Below are positions 30,701-39,237 of a DNA stretch of 64,000 bases, one piece after another. The notes under the pieces are model-generated. The model had not been told where the DNA came from, ran no database searches, and worked only from the letters and a program-made list of their open reading frames with translations. Within the stretch, counting starts at the first letter, position 1. Each line of letters starts with the position of its first letter. Origin of the DNA: a bacterium (GTDB lineage Bacteria > Electryoneota > JAOADG01); contig OY820579.1 in the NCBI GenBank assembly GCA_963681965.1, positions 1 through 64,000 of the forward strand, read 5' to 3'. The position numbers were made by a program, and so were the translations under genes.

Positions 30701-32942
30701 TATCGTGAATCAAGGTCTGGATTTCCAGAATCAGATGTTCCAAATCCTTGCAAACGACCCGTCAATCAGCTACGGTCAACTACTTACCGAAACGAAATCG
30801 CGCTATGTCATCAACAACGGTGGTGTAATCAATACGAACAGCGGTAATAGTTTCTGGGCAACGTCCTTACTTGGCGATCCGGGCATTCATTTTCCGGGGT
30901 TCAATTCAGCGAATCAAACAATCGATAACAACATTGTCGTTTCCGACGATCCGCTCAATGTGACGACAACTCTTCCGTTCTCAAGTGGAACTGCATCGGT
31001 GCGCTGGTATCGTGCCGACGAAACATCACTGGATGTAAGTTGGACACCGGTCGAAGCTCAATTTCCGATCACCTCCAATAATTTTTCGGCACAATTAAGT
31101 GTTCCAGCCAACTACATAAATTCTGCCAACACTTATGGTACACTACGTTTCTTCTTTCAACCATCGGTATCGGCACTCCAATCGGACACTTCGGTTCGAG
31201 CAGTTCGCGGCTATTCGACGATTTATTTCCGAGCTTCGTTACGCAACCGTGAATTGGATTCCCTGCTAACCGACCCGTTACCGTTGTTTTCCGACACAGT
31301 TTATCGAGTCGCCGCAAAAATTATCGATCCCGATAGCATCCGGCAGATGTATTTCCATATTCTTTGGAACGACGCAACCGATACGATACGCCTTTCGAAC
31401 GATTCGGTGGCTGCAACCCCAAGTCGGCAACGTGGCGCATTTTGGTACGAAACACCCGCTCTTCGATCCAATTCAGCCCGTTCCATTTTACGCGTCTTTG
31501 TTAGTTGGGTCGATACATTGAACCGTCGCAGCAAGTCGGATACTTTCATTTATTCGGCTGTCACTCCGCGTGCGATGTTACGATGGGATAACAGCTATTT
31601 GCAATGGAACAAGCAGGACTCGCTGGTTGCGAATATGCTGGTACGAAATGTCGGCAACATTCCCTCCCGACCGACCCGTGCGCGGATGATTGTACGTAAA
31701 GGCACCGATACGATCGCAACCCAGTATACAAACTTGCCATCGGTTAAAGTCTACGAATCGGAGCTGGTATCGTGGGCATTTCCCTATCCCCCGGGCAGTT
31801 ACTATTTGATTAGCAATATCGATATCGATTCGGTCAATCAATTACCTTCGGATCCATTCAGTACTTCGATTTTCTATCCGACCACGACCGATTGGTGGGT
31901 CACTTCAGCCAATGGTTCCAATGGCGTGTGGATCAATCCTACCCGGAATATCCGGGTTTCGATACCGCCGAATGCGATCGATCGACCATCGGGTGTGGTG
32001 ACGATTGCATCTACCGATACTTTGAGTACTCTAACACAACAGGGATTGCGGTTCGCAACGTATAAAGACGTTGTTACTCGCGGTCGGGGAATTATCGTCA
32101 AGACGGATTCGTTAACAAAACTATCGTCCATCCGCCTTGAGATGGTAGCCGACGAAGTCATTGGAACGATGATTCAGATTCACGGACGTACCAGTAAAGG
32201 GTTGTGGCAAATGCTCCCCTCGTCCGCCGATACGGCAGGTGTTTACCATTACGAAGGACCGCTTTATTCCACTTTCAGTCTCATCGATAATCAGGATCGT
32301 ACGCCTCCCCGCATTGACTTCCAAGCGGAAGGTCAAATATTCTCCGAAGGGGGCTACATTCGTCGCGGCGCGCGATTCTCGGCAATGGTGTACGATGATG
32401 GTGGATTGGATTTATCGCTACCCGGTTCCGTTTCCTGTATCGTCGGTCGCAGTGGCAGCACGAATGCCGATTCGATGACTAGTTCCGAATTGATCCTTCC
32501 GGAAGGATTGAGCAGCAGTAAAAATCAACCGGTACTAGTGACCCGGCATTTCTCTGCGGGTAAATTCTGGATGAAAATTCAGGTTCAGGATTTAGCGGGT
32601 AATCGCAACAGCGACTCGATCAACTTTGTTGTCGTTAACGATTTCCAACTCGATTGGGTCGGCAATTTCCCGAATCCGTTCTCCAAGACGACTACATTCT
32701 TCTATAGTCTAACCGATCAGACCAGCGTTCCGGTCGAGATTTCGATTTACACGGTATCGGGTCGCAAAATTCGGACACTGCGCGAAACCGATGCTCACGT
32801 GATCAACTATCGCGAATTGCTTTGGGACGGTCGTGACGAATCCGGTCAAGTTGTGGCTAACGGTGTATATTTTTATCGTTTCATTGCCAAAAATGGCAGC
32901 AAAACGATTGAACACAAAGGTAAGCTGGCAAAACTGAGGTAA
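27774..32942 (+). CDS. Large C25-family cysteine peptidase (gingipain/PorU-like) with FlgD-Ig/T9SS-type C-terminal domain
   Basis: Propeptide-like N-region, GIYRITG, EYLII, IRDFLKYA, LLGDA, SDTWY, YNGHGG (His) and NFSC (Cys) dyad, LLGDP; CTD NFPNPF...WDGRDESG..VANGVYFY; GTG start after GGAGG. Confidence 0.88.
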   Translation: MIKQRLRPRYLLGLLCILMPIAGIALAAILNQSPISPVTSTTVSAKSNSSGTSKQVPVAPHSTIDTTLATAAKARASARFLTNNSGSYRFEFRYPEPIVQTLSGKTAPSITGIAPQRTATGYLLPIDNRPFVWTNGRPSVRIVEIETGQKTVTALSKFPLTVDDSIVANPLPDLPGFQPSQYISATTSGTYRGIPLAGLTIYPVRYNAANRELLYIKRIVVEISGSGSLHEPSGRPASSGERDYLSRLTGPLSATMNNSLRTGLHASASTFSGTNDNIAHVRIDVNKWGIYRITGAQLASRGVPIGSVIPRTLMMQSEGQVVPIHVDGDEDGQFTAESAIEFFGRPPLPEDTINAPDLTGNRYTSYKAYILSWNGRNGVRMPEVSGQIKTTALGHYFQVTSGPLRVHFEANNYNASLSEVDDETRDRWFWDAGIERNAIRDYPFDLAYPDTLAYTPIRIKVAMHSLTGLQAKHHAYVLLNNISENVLELGRETIQITRYDSTNGSTRTFDSIAYNWGGQELRIIESNSTQGINNTNIRHGQNLISIFSPGDTPTSTATNRIALNWFQVEYLRLTNAYRDELRVGTPRTEHPDTLYDFTFRNFTNPDIHIYRWGSAKVINGTVERYFSPNHTPLYQVHFQDAPGLSTEYYAVTGNRKLAVPDSMFEYIAPDSLVDPPNGGAEYLIIGPKFLLETPQLAELIRIRSQNYNGAMTVDLEKILTRFGQGMFHPKGIRDFLKYAVANWRIPPTTVMLLGDAQSNQQFNPRHGGSLIPHPMMPVSYVGLVGSDTWYSLLDDSYIPSINISRVSARSVQEASDYFDKVLEVEHQQQPQRWQNTISFLRGNGGNGLFEQYDFSHQQMLGPYYDYVNLQINYADSIFYGGRPGVCTNNLKKIFNQGTSLMIYNGHGGGRIWADSGLFRSENVAELQNRGKYPLICNFSCFIVTFNGINQRSTMGEEFIFAPQRGATGVFGTTGLGIVNQGLDFQNQMFQILANDPSISYGQLLTETKSRYVINNGGVINTNSGNSFWATSLLGDPGIHFPGFNSANQTIDNNIVVSDDPLNVTTTLPFSSGTASVRWYRADETSLDVSWTPVEAQFPITSNNFSAQLSVPANYINSANTYGTLRFFFQPSVSALQSDTSVRAVRGYSTIYFRASLRNRELDSLLTDPLPLFSDTVYRVAAKIIDPDSIRQMYFHILWNDATDTIRLSNDSVAATPSRQRGAFWYETPALRSNSARSILRVFVSWVDTLNRRSKSDTFIYSAVTPRAMLRWDNSYLQWNKQDSLVANMLVRNVGNIPSRPTRARMIVRKGTDTIATQYTNLPSVKVYESELVSWAFPYPPGSYYLISNIDIDSVNQLPSDPFSTSIFYPTTTDWWVTSANGSNGVWINPTRNIRVSIPPNAIDRPSGVVTIASTDTLSTLTQQGLRFATYKDVVTRGRGIIVKTDSLTKLSSIRLEMVADEVIGTMIQIHGRTSKGLWQMLPSSADTAGVYHYEGPLYSTFSLIDNQDRTPPRIDFQAEGQIFSEGGYIRRGARFSAMVYDDGGLDLSLPGSVSCIVGRSGSTNADSMTSSELILPEGLSSSKNQPVLVTRHFSAGKFWMKIQVQDLAGNRNSDSINFVVVNDFQLDWVGNFPNPFSKTTTFFYSLTDQTSVPVEISIYTVSGRKIRTLRETDAHVINYRELLWDGRDESGQVVANGVYFYRFIAKNGSKTIEHKGKLAKLR

Positions 32943-32945
32943 CGA

Positions 32946-34016
32946 ATGCAATACCAGCGGTATCGAAAACCTCCTCATCCAATTCATTCGGCTGTTCGGA
33001 ACAGACGACTGTCACGTGGTTTTCACCGAATTCTCTTTTCGCTCCTGATTGCAGCGAGTCTCGGTTCCGTACCATTGGTGCGTGCCAATCGCTACGCCGG
33101 TGAATTTCTGGAATTGGGAGTCGGTCCTCGACAGTTAGCGATGGGTGGCACCGTCGCGAGCGGCGATCAAGCGTCCTCGTTTTATTGGAACCCGGCACTG
33201 TTATCGCGACTACGGGGTACCGAAGTCAATGCGATGTATGTTCCACTATTCGACGGATTGGCAACCTATCACGTGGTCGGGATTGCCATGCCAATCACCG
33301 GTGCGGCAATCGGTTTGCATTGGGTGCGGCTTTCAGTGGATAAGATTCCGATTTGGCCCGATTACTCATCGATGTCGATCGACGATCGTCAGCGGGCGAT
33401 ACGCGAGCGTGGCGGACGTCCGATCGGTATCACCAGCGACAACGAAGATGCAGTCTTCTTTACTTTTGCAAAATTAAACCGATTTACTGCCGATCTGGGA
33501 TGGAGTTATTTCTCGCTACCGTTGGAAATCCCCGCAGGCATCAACGTGAAGCTTGTCCGGATGGCATTGTACAATAAACGCGCCACCGGAATTGGTGTCG
33601 ACGCCGGTATCGGCTTGCGGTTTTCAATGAACGATTTATTGGGTCAAAAGAAACTCGGCGACATCAATCTCGCCATCGTCGCGGACGACTTTACGCGAAC
33701 CGGTATCAACTGGGGAAATGGCGTCGAAGACGCGATTCCGATGAATTTCCGGTGGGGCTTCGCTTACTCACAACCGTTTCGGGATTGGAAGAGCGATGTC
33801 ACACTCGAGTTGAATACCGAGAAGAAATACGATTATGAAGTGAATTACGGTGTTGAGTATACTTTCGATCGCCGCTATTCAGCTCGAATTGGACGGCGAC
33901 AGGGTTTAACATCCTATGGCGCGGGGCTGCGCGTCTGGAAAGGTCAGATCGATTATGCATTCCAACAACCGGAACTTGGAAATCAGCATTGGATCGGCGT
34001 TACTTTCCACCTCTAA
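32946..34016 (+). CDS. PorV/PorQ-family outer membrane protein
   Basis: YAGEFLELGVGPRQLAMGG...YWNPALL, GVDAG, IDYAF...LGNQHWIGVTF. Confidence 0.85.
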   Translation: MQYQRYRKPPHPIHSAVRNRRLSRGFHRILFSLLIAASLGSVPLVRANRYAGEFLELGVGPRQLAMGGTVASGDQASSFYWNPALLSRLRGTEVNAMYVPLFDGLATYHVVGIAMPITGAAIGLHWVRLSVDKIPIWPDYSSMSIDDRQRAIRERGGRPIGITSDNEDAVFFTFAKLNRFTADLGWSYFSLPLEIPAGINVKLVRMALYNKRATGIGVDAGIGLRFSMNDLLGQKKLGDINLAIVADDFTRTGINWGNGVEDAIPMNFRWGFAYSQPFRDWKSDVTLELNTEKKYDYEVNYGVEYTFDRRYSARIGRRQGLTSYGAGLRVWKGQIDYAFQQPELGNQHWIGVTFHL

Positions 34017-34035
34017 TCGTCGCGATTCTGTGTTG

Positions 34036-34821
34036 ATGAATACGAAACTCCTTATCCTTGTAACCATGTTGCTTACGATAGCCATTGCAGGTTGCGGGAA
34101 AAATCGCTCGCCGGACGATGTAACACCTCCGGTACGACCCGAGCTGCTGCCTTTGGCTTCGTTTTCAACCTTGACCGATTCGGTCTGTGGACCGGATCAA
34201 CCGAGTGTATCGTCGCCGAATGGTTTTAAATTGATGTGGGCACCCTGTCCCGATGCCGACTTAGCAGAATGGCAGATCTTTTTTCGACGCGCCTATACAA
34301 TGGATTCACCGATTCTGGCAGGGACTCACAGCGCGCAATTAAGCGGTCGTACTTTCGTTGTGGTCGATTCCCGGATACTGCCCAATGCTTCGACCGATAG
34401 CAGCTATTTATATGAATACTGGATTAATGCAGTCGACCAATCCGGTAATGTCTCCGAGCCTTCCGAAGTACGACGTTTTGAACTCATTCGCAAACTCGAC
34501 GGCTTTACTACCGAAGGAGCCGATGCCGGGAACCCGGTTTTTTCCGGAACGTATGTGATTTCCAACCCCGAGAGTTCACCGGATCGGTATTCGCTGAAAT
34601 TGCGCAACTCCGAAGGCAGACTGGTTTGGCATTACGAGTATAGTAATTACCCCTCCGACGGTCAGATTCTGATCCGTTTTAACGACGATAACACTGCGAA
34701 TCGGCTGTATTTGCGGGATAATGGTCGGCTTATGTTGGGTGACTATTCAGCGCGAATCGAATTCTGGCGACAAGAGAGTGCCGGTTCGGTGTCAACGCTG
34801 TCATTTTCGGTAATTCGGTAA
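34036..34821 (+). CDS. Lipoprotein with Fn3-like DVTPP...AVDQSGNVS segment
   Basis: Lipobox IAGC; start at MNTKLL. Confidence 0.75.
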   Translation: MNTKLLILVTMLLTIAIAGCGKNRSPDDVTPPVRPELLPLASFSTLTDSVCGPDQPSVSSPNGFKLMWAPCPDADLAEWQIFFRRAYTMDSPILAGTHSAQLSGRTFVVVDSRILPNASTDSSYLYEYWINAVDQSGNVSEPSEVRRFELIRKLDGFTTEGADAGNPVFSGTYVISNPESSPDRYSLKLRNSEGRLVWHYEYSNYPSDGQILIRFNDDNTANRLYLRDNGRLMLGDYSARIEFWRQESAGSVSTLSFSVIR

Positions 34822-34893
34822 GCGGTAACGATGACGATATGATTTTTTTAGCATTTACATTACTATCTTACGGTTCAGAAAGGAAGGTGTCCT

Positions 34894-35391
34894 TTGACCT
34901 TTAAAAAGTCGATTCTGGTGTTCTCGTTCTTGTTATTGATAGCAAGTACGGCGTTTGCTCAACAAATGGGACCGGTTGGTACCCTTGTTGGCACTGGCGG
35001 TGAGCGTGGCGCGCAGTATTACATTGGCAGTCAAAATGAACTGCTCATGGCTGTCAATATTTGGGGTTTGGTTTTGAAACCGGGTCAATATCTAGTTCCC
35101 TCGAACACCGATTTAATGACTTTAATCTCTGTCGCTGGTGGACCGCTCTATAAAGCAAGGCTTGATAATATCAAAGTCATCCGGAGTTCGACTGCGGGCT
35201 CGGAGGTCTTGACGATAAATATCAATAAATTCTTGAAAACTGGTGACGAACGACTCATTCCGAAGCTTCAACCGGGTGACACGGTGATAATTTCGGGTTC
35301 GCTCGGAGAGCTGACGACTCAGATTGTCAGCGTTATTGCCCAGTTAGCGGTTATTGCGAACGTGTATTATCTTTTCTTCATGAAAACTTAA
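34894..35391 (+). CDS. SLBB-domain (Wza-like) protein
   Basis: VNIWGLVLKPGQY.VP..TDLMTLISVAGGP, LQPGDTVII; C-terminal TM helix. Confidence 0.82.
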   Translation: MTFKKSILVFSFLLLIASTAFAQQMGPVGTLVGTGGERGAQYYIGSQNELLMAVNIWGLVLKPGQYLVPSNTDLMTLISVAGGPLYKARLDNIKVIRSSTAGSEVLTININKFLKTGDERLIPKLQPGDTVIISGSLGELTTQIVSVIAQLAVIANVYYLFFMKT

Positions 35392-35410
35392 TTGGATTAT
35401 CGTAGAACCC

Positions 35411-35439
35411 TTGACAGGTATCATGGTTTTGCGTAAGTT
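35411..35439 (+). promoter_or_regulatory. Sigma70-type promoter
   Basis: TTGACA-N17-TAAGTT. Confidence 0.55.
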
Positions 35440-35487
35440 GTGTTATAAATAAATAGTCATGGATAATTCTCTCATGGCGGAGGCGAC

Positions 35488-36642
35488 ATGAAGGTTTGGA
35501 AGTTTATTCTAGTAATATCCGCTCTTTCACTGATGCTTACTTCTATCGCATCAAGTGAAGAATATGTAGGCGGAATGGGCACGATGTGGGTCGGTTCGGC
35601 AATGACTTTGCCGCCTGGCGCAGCCGATATTGGCATTCACGGTCAAGTATGGGCTGGCAAGGTCGGTAATTTAAGTGGGATCAAAACGGGAAGTTCCGCT
35701 TTGAACATTCACTTTGGTTACAGCCGTAATTTTGAAATCGGTATGTCCCAAATCACCTATATGGATCCGAACTGGGGTAGTCGCTCCTACAATCTTAACG
35801 GTCAGATTGGTAAAACGAACGACAATTACATTATTCCCGGTGATTTGACATTACGCTTCAAATACGGCAGTCTAGCGACGACGATGGGTCAACTCTATGT
35901 GTTGCACTCGTTTCAGCTCGGCATCCGCTATCGTGTAGCGAAATACAACAATCTACCGCTCTATCCCTATTTCGGTGGTGGCAACGCTCCGTCGTTGACT
36001 TGGAATATGTCGTGGTACCAGCGTCCGCTTTATCCTGAGGAAAGCGAATTCATCGGTGTCAGTGCGACCTATACCAATCACAACGATCAGAATGGTTTCG
36101 GCGAATCTGCTCAATCCATTCAGTGGGGTGCCGCATATATGCATCCGATGCAGAATATGTCGGTCGGTCTGCAATTTCACGGCATGGCATTCATTCATAT
36201 GCCGCGTAAAGAAGTTTTCAGTCGTGAACCGTTTGCCTACATTAGCCCGGTTGTAAACTTCCAGCTCTTCTCGGGCATGGAAATGATGCTGTCTCCGGAA
36301 ATCTTACTGGGACAAGCCAAGAATACAACCTCCGGCGTTTTCGAACCGAAAGACACCTACAACTACGAACCGTGGCGTTTTTCCGGTTTGCTTCGCTTCC
36401 GTCCGTCCACCACGTTCTATTCGAGCGATCCATTTGCCAAGGTTGGCGAAGGTCGTCGTGGCGCCGGCGCTGCCGCATTGCGTGAACGACTGGCTCGTCA
36501 ATCGCGCGAAAGCCTGTTCGACTGGACCGTCGATAGCGAACGCGATCTGCAATTCTTGAATCTCGATCTTGAGAAGACTCGTATCGAGCGTCAGAAAGCC
36601 GAAGAAGAACTGTTGAAGCTTAAGCAAGAAGTCGGTAAATAA
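35488..36642 (+). CDS. Hypothetical exported, probably outer-membrane beta-rich protein with C-terminal coiled coil
   Basis: GGAGG RBS, signal peptide, aromatic-rich beta pattern, charged helical C-terminus. Confidence 0.75.
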   Translation: MKVWKFILVISALSLMLTSIASSEEYVGGMGTMWVGSAMTLPPGAADIGIHGQVWAGKVGNLSGIKTGSSALNIHFGYSRNFEIGMSQITYMDPNWGSRSYNLNGQIGKTNDNYIIPGDLTLRFKYGSLATTMGQLYVLHSFQLGIRYRVAKYNNLPLYPYFGGGNAPSLTWNMSWYQRPLYPEESEFIGVSATYTNHNDQNGFGESAQSIQWGAAYMHPMQNMSVGLQFHGMAFIHMPRKEVFSREPFAYISPVVNFQLFSGMEMMLSPEILLGQAKNTTSGVFEPKDTYNYEPWRFSGLLRFRPSTTFYSSDPFAKVGEGRRGAGAAALRERLARQSRESLFDWTVDSERDLQFLNLDLEKTRIERQKAEEELLKLKQEVGK

Positions 36643-36664
36643 TTCTACCGATACTCGATCTTAC

Positions 36665-36692
36665 AAAAAACCTGCCGTCTGGCAGGTTTTTT
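36665..36692. terminator. Bidirectional intrinsic terminator
   Basis: AAAAAACCTGCC-GTCT-GGCAGGTTTTTT. Confidence 0.8.
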
Positions 36693-36717
36693 GTTTGAGT
36701 AGGTATTATGATTCTTG

Positions 36718-36860
36718 TATCGTGGTTCTAGAAAACGAAGATATCATGATGCAGTGTCAGGATTCTCCGAACAGGTACACACAGCCAACAAAAACCTGCG
36801 GGCGACCGCGGGGAGCCGCTCCTACTACTACCTAACAACTTATTCTCAAGAGATACTGTA
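36718..36860. mobile_element. MITE-like element copy 4 (degenerate)
   Basis: TATCGTGGTTCTAGAAAA ... ACAACTTATTCTCAAGAGATACT; internal GGGCGACCGCGGGGAGCCGCTCCTAC. Confidence 0.65.
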
Positions 36861-36895
36861 ATACCGTATTCCGAATCGTGGTTATAATCTACGAA

Positions 36896-36919
36896 AGGGG
36901 CGAATGCGATTCGCCCCTA
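36896..36919. repeat. REP-like palindrome
   Basis: AGGGGCGAATGCGATTCGCCCCTA, identical core to the copy inside the CDS at 24730-24754. Confidence 0.7.
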
Positions 36920-36999
36920 AAAAATATCTCGCGATGCGAGTATGCTTCGTGATCAGACCTTGCGTATACAAATGAGAAAACCGATTTCAATGAAGTGAA

Positions 37000-38139
37000 T
37001 CAGGTACGCAGGTATTGATCCAATATTTCCAGTCGCTCGGGATTCCCCATTTCGAACCAGTTACCCGTTTGTTCGAAGGCTCGCACTGTCTGATCCTCGG
37101 CAATCGCTTTCAGATAGCTATCGATAATCGATAGATCGTGATACTTCGATAAATGTTCGAGACCGGTTGGTCCAATCAAGTGAATACCGGTAAATCCCAA
37201 TTCTCTAACAGAACCATGAGGATTCGTAACGAGTTTAGAACCGAGCTTCGGCGATTTCAAACCGCAGATTCGATTTTCGTCATCCACCAAAAGATAACTA
37301 GATGCCGATCGTTGCTGACAAACCAGGAGCGCCAAATCAGATGGATTATAGTGGGTGTAGAGCGAATTTAAATCGAAATCGGTATAGATGTCGCAGTTAT
37401 GAATTAAAACCGGCTCGGGACCGTGCAACCAGCGTGCTGCTTGTCTGATGCCCCCACCGGTACCAAGGATCTCCGGTTCAAAGGATAGTGCTAATGAAAT
37501 TTCGGGGTGCGATTCGCGAAACCGTATTGACCACTGTTCGATTTGTTCGGCATGGTGGTGGGCATTGACGACTAGTTCGGAACAACCACTCTTGATCAAC
37601 GCATCGGCACACCAATCGAGCATCGAGCGCCCCCCCGCTTCCACCAACGCTTTTGGACGAGTGTCGGTCAGCGGTCGAAGACGAGTACCGAAACCGGCAG
37701 CCAATATCATGCCCCGATGTTTTCGGTGATGCGGAAAATCCTGTGCGAGTTGCCAATGAATTATTCGAACATTCCACCCCAGTTGACGAAGCATTTCTGT
37801 TAGCCGATTGGCACAAAAGACTGAGCGATGACGCCCACCGGTACATCCGAATGCAACTTGCAAATCGGCGAACCCGCGCTGCGAGTAATTCCTCGCATGA
37901 CCCGCAACTAACTCGAAACAGTGTTGGATATATGTATCCAATTCGGTTTGATATTCGCGAAAAAAATTGACGATGGGTTCGTCGAAACCGGTCAAGTTCG
38001 AGAGATCCGGGTTCCGCCCGGGATTTGGCAAGCCGCGACAGTCGAATACGAAACCTCCACCATTACCGGTAGGATCGCGAAACGGGTTTCCATAGCGATA
38101 GCTGAAGCTGTAGACCCGGATCAGTAAAGGATTCGTCAT
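37000..38139 (-). CDS. Fusion of RapZ-C-terminal-like domain and MurU-like nucleotidyltransferase
   Basis: N-term SFSY...GGGFVFDCRGLPNPGR...FGCTGGRHRSV; C-term GMILAAGFGTRLRPLT..RPKALV, EPEILGTGGG, HNCD. Confidence 0.88.
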   Translation of the reverse strand: MTNPLLIRVYSFSYRYGNPFRDPTGNGGGFVFDCRGLPNPGRNPDLSNLTGFDEPIVNFFREYQTELDTYIQHCFELVAGHARNYSQRGFADLQVAFGCTGGRHRSVFCANRLTEMLRQLGWNVRIIHWQLAQDFPHHRKHRGMILAAGFGTRLRPLTDTRPKALVEAGGRSMLDWCADALIKSGCSELVVNAHHHAEQIEQWSIRFRESHPEISLALSFEPEILGTGGGIRQAARWLHGPEPVLIHNCDIYTDFDLNSLYTHYNPSDLALLVCQQRSASSYLLVDDENRICGLKSPKLGSKLVTNPHGSVRELGFTGIHLIGPTGLEHLSKYHDLSIIDSYLKAIAEDQTVRAFEQTGNWFEMGNPERLEILDQYLRT

Positions 38140-39233
38140 TATCGCGCTCCTGCGGTGGTTCGATCGATAGTATCGGATTCAAGAAATTTCGTCCACGGTT
38201 TCAATTCAGCGATTCGAGCAATTGTCTCCGATAACAGCGGCGTCATTTTTCGCAATCGAGTATCCGAGTTGATGATCGAAAGGGCATTTCGCAATCCGAA
38301 TGGAATGGCTGATAAATGCTGGCGATGCCCCTTCAGAATACCGTTGTTACCGTAACTACCCAGCGCCTGCAGGACGCGAAGCAGGGCATACGGTGCAAAA
38401 CTCGCGTCTAGAACCGCGGGAGGATAGCCGTGCTGCTCCAATAGCGAAAAATGGATTTCGCGCAATTCTTCGCGAAAGTCCGGTGGTAAATCGGCACGGG
38501 CATCGAACAGCAGCGACGCGATATCGTAACAAGGTGCACCGATCCGACCGGATTGGTAATCGATACAGACGAGTCCGCGAGCAGTCACCATGATATTGCG
38601 GGATTGAAAATCGCGATAGAGAAAAGCGTCGCGTGGAAATTCGGCAAGCAAGGATCGGTGTGTGGCAAATTCCAATTCCAACTTAAAACGATTCTTAGAA
38701 TCGGGCATCAAGATCTGGATAAATTTTTCCAGAAAATAGTCGTGATCGCGCTGCCAAGCGGCTTCATCGAACTCTGCCCCTTGGTAACAGAGCGATCGAT
38801 CGATTCGGCTCGGCGACTTAATTTGGAATTGAACCAGTGTTTCGACTGCATTGCGATAATTGTCGCGGATTTGATCGATCGGAAAATTACCTGCACGTTC
38901 CGCTCGCAATCGGGTCAATTTATCGAACAGCGTTTCATTGCCGAGATCTTCGAGTAGATAACAGAATCCGGTTTCGTCTTCAATTAAGATCTCCGGCACT
39001 GGAAGATCCAGTTGAGTAAAGGTTCGGGTGAAGCTAAGGAAAGCACGATTCTCGGCGAGGACTGGTCCGTAGATGCCAATCACGGAATGAGTTGCATCGA
39101 CTATTCGATAGATTGTACGTGCCGATGCATCGCCTTTCAGCCGCTCGATGGTGGTTGGAGGATTCGCGAATAGTGTTTGAAACAGCAGTGTCAGTCGTTC
39201 GCACTGTTGCCCGGTAGAAAGATTTGTCGGCAA
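38139..39233 (-). CDS. AmgK-like aminoglycoside-phosphotransferase-fold sugar kinase (start uncertain)
   Basis: GDASARTIYR, LLEDLG, YRDFQSRNIM, IDYQ, YDIASLL, RVLQALGSYG. Confidence 0.85.
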   Translation of the reverse strand: MPTNLSTGQQCERLTLLFQTLFANPPTTIERLKGDASARTIYRIVDATHSVIGIYGPVLAENRAFLSFTRTFTQLDLPVPEILIEDETGFCYLLEDLGNETLFDKLTRLRAERAGNFPIDQIRDNYRNAVETLVQFQIKSPSRIDRSLCYQGAEFDEAAWQRDHDYFLEKFIQILMPDSKNRFKLELEFATHRSLLAEFPRDAFLYRDFQSRNIMVTARGLVCIDYQSGRIGAPCYDIASLLFDARADLPPDFREELREIHFSLLEQHGYPPAVLDASFAPYALLRVLQALGSYGNNGILKGHRQHLSAIPFGLRNALSIINSDTRLRKMTPLLSETIARIAELKPWTKFLESDTIDRTTAGAR

Positions 39234-39237
39234 TACA

